Origin: Phormidesmis sp.
Lineage (GTDB): Bacteria; Cyanobacteriota; Cyanobacteriia; Leptolyngbyales; Leptolyngbyaceae
Assembly (NCBI GenBank): GCA_965248535.1
Contig: CBDFJR010000002.1
Coordinates: forward strand, 1,536,001 to 1,600,000
DNA: 64,000 nucleotides
Direction: 5' to 3'
The notes below the pieces were generated by a model. It was given only the letters and a program-made list of their open reading frames with translations. It made no database searches and was not told the DNA's origin. The position numbers were made by a program, and so were the translations under genes. Positions 9,887 to 21,074 of the stretch are shown piece by piece (within the stretch, counting starts at the first letter, position 1; every line of letters starts with the position of its first letter).

Positions 9887-10627
9887 AAAACTTTAAGAGG
9901 GCAAAATCTGAGTAGGTTTGAGCGACGATCGCTCCCTGCATCTTTAACAACAGGAACGCCGTCAAACAGGACAAAAATCTGTGAATCTTGAAGCATCAGC
10001 GCGATTGCCACACTGAAGTAGAGCAATTCTTGCTAGAGATTTGCCGCGATGCTCAGAGCGTTAAAAAACAGGGAACTACAGGCTGAATGTCTACGATCGA
10101 GGGTCTTGGTTTAGTGGTTCTATTGTTCAATCCAAAACGCCAATCGATATCACCGTGTTCGGTCTAACTTGCTACCTACACACTGTAAACGACAATGACT
10201 AAGTTACCTACGTGTTTACAGTTGTCTTTTCCGGAAATTTATATTTTTTATACGTATTTCTTCTGTTTTCGTTGAGAAAACTGGTGGTTTGAGGGAAAAA
10301 TCATCTCAAAACTAGGGGTTGAGGGTCATAACTTCTTGTGTTCTTCATAACACGCCCTTAGTTTAATCTCTAGTAAGAGTTAATGTCCAGTGTTGAAGAT
10401 CAAAGTTACTGAGTTCTTAATAGTCCCAGTGTTGCTATAAATTGAATGATTGATTATCGATAAATGGACTTTGTAAGTAGCATAATATTTATAATAAAAA
10501 ACTTCTTTACGATCGGCTATTTTAATGATTATATCTTGTTCCTTCTAGCATTAATAACTGCATTACTAGTATCGTTCTTTCAATCAGGGAAATTTGCTGC
10601 ATAGAGAGCTACCTTCCCTGACCAGTG

Positions 10628-11659
10628 CTACAGCTTTGACGCACACAGAGCCGCGCCAATTAGCCCAACGTGGGGGTTGAGAACAATCTGAACGGGAATG
10701 CGCTCTAAAATCGAACCCATGCGACCTTTATGAATGAAGGCAGTCAAAAAACCGCCCTCCTGAATCAAGGGTAGAATCTTCGCCGCAATGCCGCCTGCAA
10801 TATACAAACCCGCGTAGGGAAGCAGTTTTAGCGCTAGATTTCCCGCTTCAGCGCCATAGGATTCGACAAACATTTGCATGGTCTTTTCGGATAAAAGATC
10901 GCTGTTTTCTAACGCTGCCTTGGCGATCGCTGCCGCCGGGTCAACCGTTTTTTCGCGTCCTGCCTGAGATTCCCACGCTCTGACGACTTCACCCACTTCA
11001 GGCGACTCGGTGGCAAACTGGCGATCGCGCAAAAACTGATAGATGGCCACCACTCCCTGACCCGACACCACGCGCTCGGCTGAGATGCGATCGATGTGGT
11101 GTTTGTCGAGCAAATAGCGAGAAAGCTGAAACTCTAGCTCCGATCGGGGTGCAAAATCTGCGTGTCCGCCTTCGGAGCCAAACACCTGATAGCCATCACC
11201 TGTATGGATTAGATAGCCTTGTCCTAACCCGGTTCCCGCCCCTAGAACGGCGATCGGGGCCTTTTCTTGAGGCTGTCCGGCTTGCAGCAGATGCAGATCT
11301 GACTCGTCTAAACCCAACACCCCATAGCCGACTGCTTCAAAGTCATTGATCAACGAGATCTTAGAAATCGCTAACACCTGCGACATCCGATCGGCTTCTA
11401 AAGTCCAGCCGACGTTAGTCACTTTTGACGTGTTGTTAACCACAGGGCCAGCGATCGCAAAGCACGCTGTTTCGGGCGCAAAAGTCTGCCCCAATGCTTG
11501 CTCGGCCGCCGAGAGAAACGTCTGCACCATCGGCACCAAATCGGGAAAATCATGACTGGAATAGCGCACTTCATAGAGCGACTGCAACGAGTCTGCTGAT
11601 TTGACCAAGCGCAAAATCGTCTTGGTGCCGCCGATGTCTCCTGCTAGCAATGTGGTCAT
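10628..11659 (-). CDS. glk: glucokinase
   Basis: LAGDIGGTKT, LINDFEAVGYG, GAGTGLG, SEGGHADFAP, GLYIAGGIA. Confidence 0.96.
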   Translation of the reverse strand: MTTLLAGDIGGTKTILRLVKSADSLQSLYEVRYSSHDFPDLVPMVQTFLSAAEQALGQTFAPETACFAIAGPVVNNTSKVTNVGWTLEADRMSQVLAISKISLINDFEAVGYGVLGLDESDLHLLQAGQPQEKAPIAVLGAGTGLGQGYLIHTGDGYQVFGSEGGHADFAPRSELEFQLSRYLLDKHHIDRISAERVVSGQGVVAIYQFLRDRQFATESPEVGEVVRAWESQAGREKTVDPAAAIAKAALENSDLLSEKTMQMFVESYGAEAGNLALKLLPYAGLYIAGGIAAKILPLIQEGGFLTAFIHKGRMGSILERIPVQIVLNPHVGLIGAALCASKL

Positions 11660-11761
11660 TAGTTAACTCCTCTAACTACGTGAAACTTAGCGAACTTGAG
11701 ACAGATCTGCAACGCGCTTCAGACACCTCTACAATGCAAGAAGAGTGCAAGAAGAGACGAA

Positions 11762-12403
11762 ATGAATTCACCGATCGCTGATTTAAGAAAAGACTACACC
11801 CTAGAAGAACTCAACGAAACGCAGGTTGATTCTAATCCCTTCGTGCAGTTTCAGCGCTGGTTTGATCAGGCAGTGGCGGCACAGCTTCCTGAGCCTAACG
11901 CCATGACTGTTGCAACGGCGACTAAAGCGGGCATTCCGTCGGCGAGAATTGTGTTGCTAAAAGGCTTTGACGATCGGGGTTTTGTGTTCTACACCAACTA
12001 CCACAGTCACAAAGCGCAAGAGTTAATGGACAATCCCCACGCGGCGATCGTGTTTTTGTGGGCCGAGTTAGAGCGACAGATTCGCATTGTGGGCAATGTC
12101 GAAAAAATTGCGGCCGAAGAATCGGATGCTTATTTTTATAGTCGCCCGATCGCCAGTCGTCTCGGTGCTTGGGCTTCAGAACAAAGCCAGGTGATTGCCA
12201 GTCGCGATGTTTTAGAACACCGATTAAACGAGCTAAAAACCCAGTACGAAACTCAAGAGATTCCCCGTCCGCCCCACTGGGGAGGGTTTCGAGTCAAGCC
12301 AATCGAGATAGAGTTTTGGCAGGGGCGATCAAGTCGATTGCACGATCGACTGCGCTATCGGCTGCAAAATGGAGAGTGGATGCGCGATCGCTTGTCTCCT
12401 TAA
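11762..12403 (+). CDS. pdxH: pyridoxamine 5'-phosphate oxidase
   Basis: [48 protein letters not shown]-terminus; ATG 11762 chosen over the longer ORF start. Confidence 0.96.
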   Translation: MNSPIADLRKDYTLEELNETQVDSNPFVQFQRWFDQAVAAQLPEPNAMTVATATKAGIPSARIVLLKGFDDRGFVFYTNYHSHKAQELMDNPHAAIVFLWAELERQIRIVGNVEKIAAEESDAYFYSRPIASRLGAWASEQSQVIASRDVLEHRLNELKTQYETQEIPRPPHWGGFRVKPIEIEFWQGRSSRLHDRLRYRLQNGEWMRDRLSP

Positions 12404-12525
12404 AAAAGTTCTGAGCGGTTTTGGGCTTTCGTGAGACGTTAGTTTTAGCTACGATAACTACACATCAAATTTGAGGAGCAGCCTTGCTGTTCCCGTGCCG
12501 GGTTTTTACGTTTATTTTTTATGTC

Positions 12526-12906
12526 ATGGCGATCGAACTTGGCCCGTTTATTTTTCCGATTGATCCCACTGTGATTGCGGGGGTCGCTCTGTGGTCGCTG
12601 GCTCTCTACTTGGGGTTTTCCCCGATCGGGGACTGGGTGATCGAGCAACTCAATCGCTGGTTTAATTTTGCAGAGCGATCGCTCTACACATCAGAAGAAG
12701 AATTTGAGAAGACTCGACCCGCAAGAGAAGCCCAAAACGCCTTCTACGCCTCTGTTTTCAGCATCATTCCATTTTTGGCGGTGGGTGCTCTGTGCAGCTA
12801 TGGAGTCGAGGTGAGCTTGGGCAAAAGTTGGGCCATCAGCGTAGGCATTCTCGCCTGCATGGGCTGCGGAATTTATGAACTGGGTCGCCGAGACGGGCAG
12901 ATCTGA
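12526..12906 (+). CDS. hypothetical membrane protein
   Basis: ORF with three hydrophobic segments; ATG 12526 is the likely start. Confidence 0.75.
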   Translation: MAIELGPFIFPIDPTVIAGVALWSLALYLGFSPIGDWVIEQLNRWFNFAERSLYTSEEEFEKTRPAREAQNAFYASVFSIIPFLAVGALCSYGVEVSLGKSWAISVGILACMGCGIYELGRRDGQI

Positions 12907-12969
12907 ATCTTAAACTTCTCCCGTCGCAAATTCTCATAGACTAACAGTGGCAAGTCAAGGAAACTAACT

Positions 12970-13956
12970 GTGACTCATCCTCGTGTTATTTGTCTGGGCG
13001 AAATCTTATTTGACTGCATTGCCGATCAGCCAGGGCGATCGCTTGAAACGGTTGACTCATGGACTTCTTATGCCGGGGGTGCGCCCGCAAATGTGGCCTG
13101 TGCGTTGACAAAGCTCGGCACCGCGTCGGCGTTTGTGGGCTGCGTTGGGCAAGACGACCCCGGACGATCGCTCGTTGAGTTGCTGCAAGCGGTTGGGGTA
13201 GACACCACGGGCATCCAGTCTCACCCGACTGCGCCGACGCGCACAGTGATGGTGTTGAGGTCAGAGACGGGCGATCGTAGCTTTGTGGCCTTTGGCGGCA
13301 AGCGCTCCTCGTCAGAGTTTGCTGACACCCATCTGCAAGCCGCCCAGCTAACCCCGGCTCTGTTTGAGTCCGCCGACTTTTTGGTCTTGGGCACCCTCGA
13401 ACTGGCTTATTTAGACAGTCGTGGCGCGATCGCTCGGGCCCTCGAACTGTGTGAACAGTTTTTCGTCAAAATTGTCCTCGATGTCAACTGGCGACCCGTG
13501 TTTTGGGCCGATGCTCAAGCGGCTCTGCCCATGATTCACGATCTGATCAAACGAGTCGATTTTCTCAAAGTGGCCCAAGAAGAAGCCGACTGGCTCTTTG
13601 GCACCACCGACCCCGGCGCGATCGCTCATCGCCTAGGCACCCTAGAAGGGGTTTTAGTCACCGCAGGCGATAAGGGCTGCGCCTATTGTCTCGGAGAAAA
13701 CGAAGGAAAAGTGCCCGCTTTTAAGGTTGACGTTGAAGACACAACCGGAGCCGGAGACAGCTTTGTAGCAGGATTTGTGCATCAACTCTGTCAGCATGGC
13801 ATTCAAAACTTGACGAACCCTGATCTAGCCAAAAGCGCCGCCACCTATGCCAGCGCTGCGGGAGCGTTGACCACCCTCAGACTGGGCGCGATCGCCGCTC
13901 AACCCACCGCCGCCGAAGTTGATGCGTTTCTCTTTTTGCAGCAGCAAGGAGGTTAA
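12970..13956 (+). CDS. PfkB family carbohydrate kinase (fructokinase-like)
   Basis: GGAPANVA and DTTGAGDSF PfkB signatures. Confidence 0.95.
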   Translation: MTHPRVICLGEILFDCIADQPGRSLETVDSWTSYAGGAPANVACALTKLGTASAFVGCVGQDDPGRSLVELLQAVGVDTTGIQSHPTAPTRTVMVLRSETGDRSFVAFGGKRSSSEFADTHLQAAQLTPALFESADFLVLGTLELAYLDSRGAIARALELCEQFFVKIVLDVNWRPVFWADAQAALPMIHDLIKRVDFLKVAQEEADWLFGTTDPGAIAHRLGTLEGVLVTAGDKGCAYCLGENEGKVPAFKVDVEDTTGAGDSFVAGFVHQLCQHGIQNLTNPDLAKSAATYASAAGALTTLRLGAIAAQPTAAEVDAFLFLQQQGG

Positions 13957-13957
13957 T

Positions 13958-14425
13958 GTGGGCGTTGAAATCGAACGCAAGTTTTTAGTCACTCACGATC
14001 GCTGGCGTGATCTCGCTCCCGGCGTGCTTTATCGTCAGGGCTACATTCCCACGCAGTCAGGGCAAACGGTGCGCGTCAGAATTGCAGGCGATCGCGCCTT
14101 TATCACCCTTAAAGGAGCCTCTCAGGGAATTGCCCGATCGGAGTTTGAATACCCCATCCCGATCGAGGATGCCAATGAGATCTTAACCACTCTCTGTTCG
14201 CCGCCTCTCATTGAGAAATATCGCCACAAAATTGACTTAAACGGTCTGACTTGGGAGGTTGACGAATTTTTGGGCGAAAATCAGGGGCTAGTGATCGCAG
14301 AAGTTGAGCTAGAAAATGATGACCAAGCGATCGAGCGACCCGACTGGATCGGCGAAGACGTGTCTCACGATGTGCGTTACTACAACTCTAATCTAGTCAC
14401 TCATCCCTTTAGCCGCTGGTCGTGA
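13958..14425 (+). CDS. CYTH domain protein
   Basis: EIERKFLV, VRVRI, EFEYPIP, WEVDEFLGENQGLVIAEVEL; GTG start after AGGAGG. Confidence 0.93.
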   Translation: MGVEIERKFLVTHDRWRDLAPGVLYRQGYIPTQSGQTVRVRIAGDRAFITLKGASQGIARSEFEYPIPIEDANEILTTLCSPPLIEKYRHKIDLNGLTWEVDEFLGENQGLVIAEVELENDDQAIERPDWIGEDVSHDVRYYNSNLVTHPFSRWS

Positions 14426-14499
14426 CGTTGGTTTTATAGATTCAGCATCGGCACCAACGGCTCTCAGCGATCGCTTCAAACGATTCAAAATTGTAGGAA

Positions 14500-15066
14500 T
14501 CACGGCTCCACGTCTGACCAGAGCCGCTCTAACTGGCGTTGCCAGGCGGACAAGACCTCTTCTCGCGATCGCGCTCCCATTTCTAGTTCGCCCATGAGTC
14601 CTTCTTGATAAAAGCGATCAAGGGTTTGCAGAGTGGATTCTAGCGATTGCCCCTGGCGTTTTGCGGCCTGAATGATTAGACGAATCCGCTTTTCGGCAAA
14701 GGCGTTGAATCCGATGTCGATGCCCGATGCTCGCAGCGCTATCAGTCGGTGAACTGCTGTGGTGAAATCGGCGATCGTCAGCCCGGCTAAACTGTGCTGA
14801 AAGACTCCCCACAACACCTCTTGATGCAGCCCATAGCGCACTTCTTGAGTCGCGTCAAAGTTGGCTTCTAATAATTCTGCTAGATAGAGTTGGGCATCTT
14901 GGGCAGGCACGATCGGCACCAAAACCCTCAGCCACGAGTGATCGTCTGACAGCAACACCAACACCCTAAACTGATCGGTCTCTATCTGATAAGAGTTGGC
15001 ATCAGCGATTTGAACAGAGGAGCCAAACGAGTCGGTAAGCGCTTTAGCAAGGTCTTCTTGAATCAT
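14500..15066 (-). CDS. hypothetical protein, possible YbjN/chaperone-like fold
   Basis: WLRVLVPI…LLEANFDATQEVRYG pattern recalls YbjN/CesT-like domains; ATG at 15066. Confidence 0.65.
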   Translation of the reverse strand: MIQEDLAKALTDSFGSSVQIADANSYQIETDQFRVLVLLSDDHSWLRVLVPIVPAQDAQLYLAELLEANFDATQEVRYGLHQEVLWGVFQHSLAGLTIADFTTAVHRLIALRASGIDIGFNAFAEKRIRLIIQAAKRQGQSLESTLQTLDRFYQEGLMGELEMGARSREEVLSAWQRQLERLWSDVEP

Positions 15067-15177
15067 GAATCCTATAAAGTGACTTCTTTCCACCCTACAC
15101 CGTGGGCACACTGCAAAAAAATCCCCCGATCGGCCGACGATCAAGGGATTTGACAGGGAGATTAAGAAAATTGACGA

Positions 15178-16425
15178 CTAGACCAACCACTCTTGCACGG
15201 CTTCTTCTTTGGTGTTGGTGCGACGACTGGGCGTTTCGCGCTCAAACTTCATGTGCACTTCCCGCGTTTGTTCACCATCGACGGCAACGGCCATGATCGG
15301 GTAGTCAATCAAGCCATCTTGGAACGACATCTGAAAACGGAACGTGCCATCGGCGTTGAGTTTGATCGGCTGACCCGCGATCGTCACGGTGGCATCGGGT
15401 TCGGTTGCGCCATAAACAATCAGTTCGGCATCGGCCACTAGCCAAAACTGCCGGGGACGAATGGGCGGTGCCGAAGCGCCAAAGCCAATGCCTGACATGC
15501 CCACCCCAGACATCGTTAAGCCAGAAGTGGTCGGCACGGCCCACATCCCCACCCCTGATGGAAAGACGTAGGAGCTAATTGCTTCTTCGTGAATCGGCGC
15601 TTGCTGCATTGAGCCATAGAGCGACCCGGCGATGCGCTGGGCTTCGACGCTTTCGGCTAGGTCAAAGATGCGATCGTAGATGGGGTTGCCCACGCCGCCG
15701 TTAGGTGCGGTTGCAGGATAGGCCATGCGCTTGGTCGGAGAAACCAGCTCTAAGAAGGTCTGACCGCGCAGATCTTCATCCCACTCGACGGTGACAAAGT
15801 GGTCTTCGATCCAGTCAGAGGGGTAAACGGGAGGCACCCGAACCGGGGCCGATCGGGCTAGCACCAGCCAGCGACCATCGGCACAGCGATAGCCCATCTC
15901 AACCATATAGTCACGATCGCTGACGGGAATCGGCAGATACCATTCTCTTGCTAGCTCATCGCAGGGATATTCTTGAACGCTGTGGGGGCTTTGATATTCG
16001 ACGCTGATATCGGTGACATCGTAGAGGCGCAGAGCTAGCTGCTGACCGCCTTGGCGACGCAAATCTTCTTTATGCTCATTGGGCACATCCCAATAGGTAT
16101 AAGCCCACTGGGGGTCGCGGGGCATGATCACGACGCGGCTCTCACCATAGCCTTCAGGCAGGTCGGTGAGATCTTCGTCAACGGCTGCCAATGCACCCCC
16201 TACGAGATCGCTCTGTCCAACATCAAACTTTGCTGCTTCCACTTCTTCTTGTGCCTCAATTGTGCGGGTTTGGGTCGGGGAAAGTCGGCTGCGCTGAATC
16301 TCTTCGATCGAGGCTAAAAGCTGGTCTTTTCGCATTCGACTATAGCGAGAGACTCCATATTCACTGGCGACTCGGCGCAGTTGCCGGAGCGTCATTTCAT
16401 TTAACGGAGGACGTTCGGTTGCCAT
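15178..16425 (-). CDS. DUF4912 protein with an N-terminal Rho-N-like domain
   Basis: MTLRQLRRVASEYGVSRYSRMRKDQL (Rho-N like); MPRDPQWAYTYWD; FWLVADAELIVYGATEP. Confidence 0.88.
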   Translation of the reverse strand: MATERPPLNEMTLRQLRRVASEYGVSRYSRMRKDQLLASIEEIQRSRLSPTQTRTIEAQEEVEAAKFDVGQSDLVGGALAAVDEDLTDLPEGYGESRVVIMPRDPQWAYTYWDVPNEHKEDLRRQGGQQLALRLYDVTDISVEYQSPHSVQEYPCDELAREWYLPIPVSDRDYMVEMGYRCADGRWLVLARSAPVRVPPVYPSDWIEDHFVTVEWDEDLRGQTFLELVSPTKRMAYPATAPNGGVGNPIYDRIFDLAESVEAQRIAGSLYGSMQQAPIHEEAISSYVFPSGVGMWAVPTTSGLTMSGVGMSGIGFGASAPPIRPRQFWLVADAELIVYGATEPDATVTIAGQPIKLNADGTFRFQMSFQDGLIDYPIMAVAVDGEQTREVHMKFERETPSRRTNTKEEAVQEWLV

Positions 16426-16480
16426 AAAACAAGCTCCAATCAGGCGGACGGAATTTTTCTAATGAATAAAAACGCATAAG

Positions 16481-16498
16481 TTTACGTTTGTTAACAAA
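16481..16498. promoter_or_regulatory. possible HLR1 (RpaB-type) direct-repeat site
   Basis: TTTACGTT-TG-TTAACAAA, one mismatch per half against (G/T)TTACA(T/A)(T/A)-N2-repeat, about 55 bp upstream of the DUF4912 gene. Confidence 0.3.
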
Positions 16499-16799
16499 TC
16501 GGGGATCGCTTTCTGACCCCAATGTTGCAGGAAAGACATAATGGGTCAAGGGGTAAAACGGTTGAATTTAGAGGCGATCGACGAAATTATAGGCACTATG
16601 GGGATCGTCATGTCATGAAGCTCTGACATAATTTTGAGCATGGGGATCGAAGCGCTAACCCTGAGAGTACAAAGATCCCAAAAGAAATCTAAATGTCAGA
16701 GTTTCTTAACTTAAGCGCCAAAAATTGGGGCTAATGGATGAATGACGCAGAGTTTGATCGTTTCCTGTAGACTGCTGTAAAGTCTGATGTTGCTTATTT

Positions 16800-17615
16800 A
16801 TGGATTCTTCTGAGCCTGACGTTTGGGATGCTGATGCTGTTATGGGAGATGACCCGGAACGGGTTCCCCTCAGTCAAGCCGTTCGCCCCTTAAAACTGGG
16901 TTTGATCTCTAAAGTGCTGGCCTCGGCGGTGGGGCTGTGGCTACGATCGCAGGTCGAGCACATTGAGGCGCTAGAAGTAGAGGTGGAAGCGGGCGATCGC
17001 CAAATTCTCTCAGGCTGCATTCCCCAAGTCAGGCTGTCGGCTCACAGCGCGGTTTATCAGGGCTTGCATCTCAGTCAAGTGCAGTTGACGGGGCAAAATA
17101 TCCGCATCAATCTAGGGCAAGTCTTGCGAGGAAAGCCTTTGCGGTTGCTCGAACCGATTCAGGTCGGGGGCACGGTGCTGTTGCAGCAGGCTGATTTGAA
17201 TGCGTCGCTGGCGGCCCCGCTGTTGGCAAATGGGGTAACTGAGTTTTTGTTGACGCTGCTGAATGCCAGTGATCTAGGCGACGTGCCTCTAGACTCTGAC
17301 CCTCGGCTCAATCTGCAAAACCTAGAGATTATTCTCGATGTAGATTTAGTGACCCTGAGCGCTTCCTTAATTTCAGTGACGGGCACGGCTACCCCGATCG
17401 CAATTCGCACCGGGTTTTCGTTGGCGAGTCCTCACGAGTTGATGCTGGTCAATCCTCAATGGCTGCCCCACGCCACGGCCAAGCGAGGGCTGCCCTTGAG
17501 CGACTTAGAGGGTTACACGTTTGACTTGGGGGCAGAAACTCAGATTGAGCGACTGATGTTAGAAGCCGGACAGGTTAGCTGTCAAGCCACTCTATTAGTC
17601 AGGGTCGAAGATTAA
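16800..17615 (+). CDS. DUF2993 (LmeA-like) protein
   Basis: WLRSQVEHIEAL…ILSGCIPQV…AVYQGL…INLGQVLRGKPLRLLEP pattern. Confidence 0.8.
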   Translation: MDSSEPDVWDADAVMGDDPERVPLSQAVRPLKLGLISKVLASAVGLWLRSQVEHIEALEVEVEAGDRQILSGCIPQVRLSAHSAVYQGLHLSQVQLTGQNIRINLGQVLRGKPLRLLEPIQVGGTVLLQQADLNASLAAPLLANGVTEFLLTLLNASDLGDVPLDSDPRLNLQNLEIILDVDLVTLSASLISVTGTATPIAIRTGFSLASPHELMLVNPQWLPHATAKRGLPLSDLEGYTFDLGAETQIERLMLEAGQVSCQATLLVRVED

Positions 17616-17688
17616 GAGAAGCTAGAATCTCCATAATCGGTTGAATTGATCGAGCGATCGCTAGCTGACCTAAAGCGATCGGAGGTTT

Positions 17689-18558
17689 TTATTTAGGCAA
17701 CAAGGGCAACACAAGGGTCACAAAATAGTAGACCAGCGGAGCCGTAAACACGTAGCTATCAGCGCGATCGAGAATGCCTCCATGACCCGGAATCAACTGC
17801 CCAGAATCTTTGACCCCCGCATCGCGCTTCATCATCGACTCGGTTAAGTCACCCAATAGACTAGCAATGCCGATCAAAAGACCGAGGGCTATCCCCGCGA
17901 TCGGCCAGCCCGACCAATGGAGATACCACGATCCCAGAATGGCCACTGCAACACTAGCCGCTACGCCAAACACCGCTCCTTCGACGGTTTTTTTAGGGCT
18001 GATATCTGAGAGCCGCGTGCGCCCGATCCAGCGCCCGATCGTGTAGGCCCCAATGTCAGCCGCCCAAATGCACAAAAATGCCAACAGGGTGTCAGTCAGC
18101 CCGCTTGGAAGCGCCTCTAAACCATGCCAAGAGCTTGTCCAGAAGCCGTTAAGGGGTAAATTGCTCACCTCAGCTTGACCCAAAAATCGCAGGCGAATCC
18201 AATAACTAGGCAAATAGCCGCCGTAGAATAAGCCCATGATCGAAGCTGAGATATCTGCGATCGTCGCAAATTTGGGCTGAAACAGCAGGTAGAAACAGAT
18301 AAACGTTCCGGCCACCGGGAAGATGGCATCGGCCATCGGTGGCGAAATGTTAGAAACGACTAATAAAATTTGGCTCACGACCAGCGTTGTTTTGACCGCC
18401 GGGGCGATGCCTTTAGCACGAGCAAGCTGAAAATATTCTAACTGCCCCAAATAGATGATGAGGCAAAACCCAGCCGTAAAGTACCATCCGCCCAGCAGCA
18501 TCATGCCTAGCGCTAGAACGATCGCGACAATTCCACTACTGATTCGAGACCAAGGCAT
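17689..18558 (-). CDS. cdsA: phosphatidate cytidylyltransferase
   Basis: ISPKKTVEG and GDLTESMMKRDAGVKDSGQLIPGHGGILDRADS signature. Confidence 0.97.
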   Translation of the reverse strand: MPWSRISSGIVAIVLALGMMLLGGWYFTAGFCLIIYLGQLEYFQLARAKGIAPAVKTTLVVSQILLVVSNISPPMADAIFPVAGTFICFYLLFQPKFATIADISASIMGLFYGGYLPSYWIRLRFLGQAEVSNLPLNGFWTSSWHGLEALPSGLTDTLLAFLCIWAADIGAYTIGRWIGRTRLSDISPKKTVEGAVFGVAASVAVAILGSWYLHWSGWPIAGIALGLLIGIASLLGDLTESMMKRDAGVKDSGQLIPGHGGILDRADSYVFTAPLVYYFVTLVLPLLPK

Positions 18559-18708
18559 AGCACTAATTTAGGTGAAGGTAACCTGTCTAGGAAAGATGAC
18601 TACTCCTCAGCACTCGCTCAAAGAGGGGTGAAGGTTAAGAAGGTTAAGCGGAGCTTTGCAACACTTTAACGGAGAATAGGGCAACGGGTGAAGCGAGCGA
18701 CGATTTTC

Positions 18709-19326
18709 TTATAAAAGCTTTTCACCACTGAGCACAAAGATCGGATCGACGGCTGCAAAGATTTGGTTAGTGCCGCGAGTTTCAAGACGATTGACCGCAG
18801 ATTGCACCACTTCAATATTACGGGCTTGCAGTTCGGCGAGGCTCTCTGAGATCTGATAAAGCGTTTCTAAGTTGGCCGCCGTTGCCACCACTCGCCCATT
18901 GGGGTTTAGCGATCGCCAGACTTCTTTAAGAATGGCTTTCAGCGATCGCCCGCCTTCGATGCAGACCCGATCGGGGGGCACTAACCCCTTGAGACAGTCT
19001 GGCGCACTGCCTTCGATGATTTCGACATTGGTGACCCCAAAGCGATCGCAGTTGCGGCGAATTAAGCTCGCGACTTCTTCATCGCGCTCAACAGCGATAA
19101 TTTTTCCACCCGGACAGAGCAACCCGGCCTCGACGGGAATCGTACCAGTGCCCGCGCCAATGTCCCACAGCACTGAGTCGCGATTTAGCCGCAGATGAGA
19201 CAGCAGCAGCAATCTAACTTCTCGCTGACTCATGGGAATGCCCGGTAGATTTTCAAACAAATCGTCAGGAATGCCGGGAGTCACGTAAGGCCAAAGGGGA
19301 GAAGGCATGGTAGAAGGAAGGCTCAA
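18709..19326 (-). CDS. cbiT: cobalt-precorrin-6B C15-methyltransferase (decarboxylating)
   Basis: PGIPDDLF…PMSQREVR, LWDIGAGTGTI SAM-binding motif, PDRVCIEGG. Confidence 0.9.
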   Translation of the reverse strand: MSLPSTMPSPLWPYVTPGIPDDLFENLPGIPMSQREVRLLLLSHLRLNRDSVLWDIGAGTGTIPVEAGLLCPGGKIIAVERDEEVASLIRRNCDRFGVTNVEIIEGSAPDCLKGLVPPDRVCIEGGRSLKAILKEVWRSLNPNGRVVATAANLETLYQISESLAELQARNIEVVQSAVNRLETRGTNQIFAAVDPIFVLSGEKLL

Positions 19327-19377
19327 TGAGTCGATCGTAGTGTGATTAACGCAAATCGGGTCAACCTTGACAAAATT

Positions 19378-20859
19378 TCAGGTGCTTTTGACGACTCGTA
19401 GTGTTTTAAGACTGGAGTCTGCACAGCCGCTAATTAGTCCTCCAGCCGCCAAAATCTCTTGGAGCGTAGCGATCGCTCCTTGACTAATCTGTTCACCCGG
19501 CAGCAAAACCGGAATGCCCGGTGGATAGGGGCACACTAGCTCGGCGCTGATGCGATCGACGGTTTGGGCGATCGAGAGCGTTTCACTAGGGGCAAAAAAA
19601 GCCTGACGCGGAGAGAGCAAAGAGCCGTGCGAGTTGTGAAGGCTGAGGCTTCTAACGGGGTTCTGGCTCGGCGCAACTGCCCCGTTAGCTAGGGTAGTGA
19701 AGGCCTGCACGAGTTGATCAATGTCGGCTTGAGTGTTGCCCAAACTGATGATAAATGTGAGGTGCTGCAACGATGGAAACTCAGCCGTCACGCCCAAGGT
19801 TTGGTGCAAGATCTCGTCTGCTCTAAAGCCATCCATCCCCAACTCAGACACGGTGACGGTGAGACGGGTGCGATCGAGGGCCCAAAATCCTGAAGTCTGA
19901 CCCGCTTGGTGAGCATTCAACGTCGAGAGATGAGGAATTTGACCAAGGCGCGATCGGGCTTGATCGGCTAATTGCAGGGTTCGCTCCATCAGACCTGATC
20001 CCTGGGTGGCCATTTGCTGCCGCGCTGCATCCAACGAAGCCAACAGCAAATAACTCGGACTCGTCGATTGCACTAGCTGTAGGGCTTTGCTGACGCGATC
20101 GCGATCCACGCGGCTACCCTGACAGTGCAGCATCGCTGCTTGAGTCATGGCAGAGAGGGTTTTGTGAGTCGATTGCACGGTTAGGTCAGCCCCCGCAGAC
20201 AGCGCAGAATCTGGCAATTCAGGATGAAAGGCAAAATGGGCCCCGTGAGCCTCATCCACCAAGAGTGGCAGATGGTGTCGATGAGCCAGATCAGCGATCG
20301 CCTCCACGTCACCACAAACCCCCTCATAAGTCGGATAGACCATCATCACGGCTTTGCTGTCTGGATGCTGCCTAAGAGCCTCTTCAACGGCTGGGGGGGT
20401 GATGCTGTGGGCGAGGTCACGATCGGCATCATACTCAGGATTGATGAAGATCGGCACTGCCCCCGAAAGAATCAGCCCCGAAATCGCAGATTGATGCACG
20501 TTGCGTGGCAAGATGATTTTATCGCCAGCTTCACAGGTTGCCAAAATAGCCGCGATCACACCACAGGTTGAGCCGTTGACTAAAAACCAGGTTTGTTCGG
20601 CTCCAAATGCCTCTGCTGCCAGGGTTTGAGCAGCTTTGATTGCGCCTTGAGGGGCAAACAGATTATCGAGTTCGGGCAGTTCAGGCAGATCCGATCGCCA
20701 CAGTTGCGACCCTAGCAAATCGGCTAAAACCTCCGGAGTTCCCCGTCCTCGCTTATGGCCAGGTGTGTAAAATGGAGCGTTTGAGCTTTGAGCACAGGCC
20801 CGCAAAGCGTCAAGCAGCGGAGTCGCTATTTGGGAAGATGCAATGTCTAAAGGGGTCAT
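19378..20859 (-). CDS. Orn/Lys/Arg decarboxylase (fold-type I PLP)
   Basis: FYTPGHKRG, LVNGST, LPRNVHQS, LVDEAHGAH, QSTHK (PLP Lys), STSPSY, PYPPGIP. Confidence 0.93.
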   Translation of the reverse strand: MTPLDIASSQIATPLLDALRACAQSSNAPFYTPGHKRGRGTPEVLADLLGSQLWRSDLPELPELDNLFAPQGAIKAAQTLAAEAFGAEQTWFLVNGSTCGVIAAILATCEAGDKIILPRNVHQSAISGLILSGAVPIFINPEYDADRDLAHSITPPAVEEALRQHPDSKAVMMVYPTYEGVCGDVEAIADLAHRHHLPLLVDEAHGAHFAFHPELPDSALSAGADLTVQSTHKTLSAMTQAAMLHCQGSRVDRDRVSKALQLVQSTSPSYLLLASLDAARQQMATQGSGLMERTLQLADQARSRLGQIPHLSTLNAHQAGQTSGFWALDRTRLTVTVSELGMDGFRADEILHQTLGVTAEFPSLQHLTFIISLGNTQADIDQLVQAFTTLANGAVAPSQNPVRSLSLHNSHGSLLSPRQAFFAPSETLSIAQTVDRISAELVCPYPPGIPVLLPGEQISQGAIATLQEILAAGGLISGCADSSLKTLRVVKST

Positions 20860-20897
20860 CTAAGTTGGGGAAATCAAATTATTCGTTAGGATATTCT

Positions 20898-21074
20898 ATG
20901 GTCTACCCAACCTCTACACCTTCCTTTCCTCCACCTGTGCCAAATCCTGTTCCTGAGCCGATGCCTGATCCCGTTCCCGAACCGATTCCTAGTCCTGTGC
21001 CTGAGACAATTCCCAGCCCGGTGCCTTCTCCCGTTCCTGCCCCTATTCCTCAGACGATTCCAGGCCCTGTTTAA
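20898..21074 (+). CDS. small proline-rich repeat protein (58 aa)
   Basis: ATG after TAGGA; P-x-P-x repeats with varied synonymous Pro codons, which suggests protein-level selection. Confidence 0.6.
   Translation: MVYPTSTPSFPPPVPNPVPEPMPDPVPEPIPSPVPETIPSPVPSPVPAPIPQTIPGPV

Noticed and set aside
9887..10627. Riboswitch in the long leader of the PA14 gene
   Set aside because: Only a GGCAAA fragment and short inverted repeats are present; I could not recognise a complete c-di-GMP, TPP or cobalamin consensus
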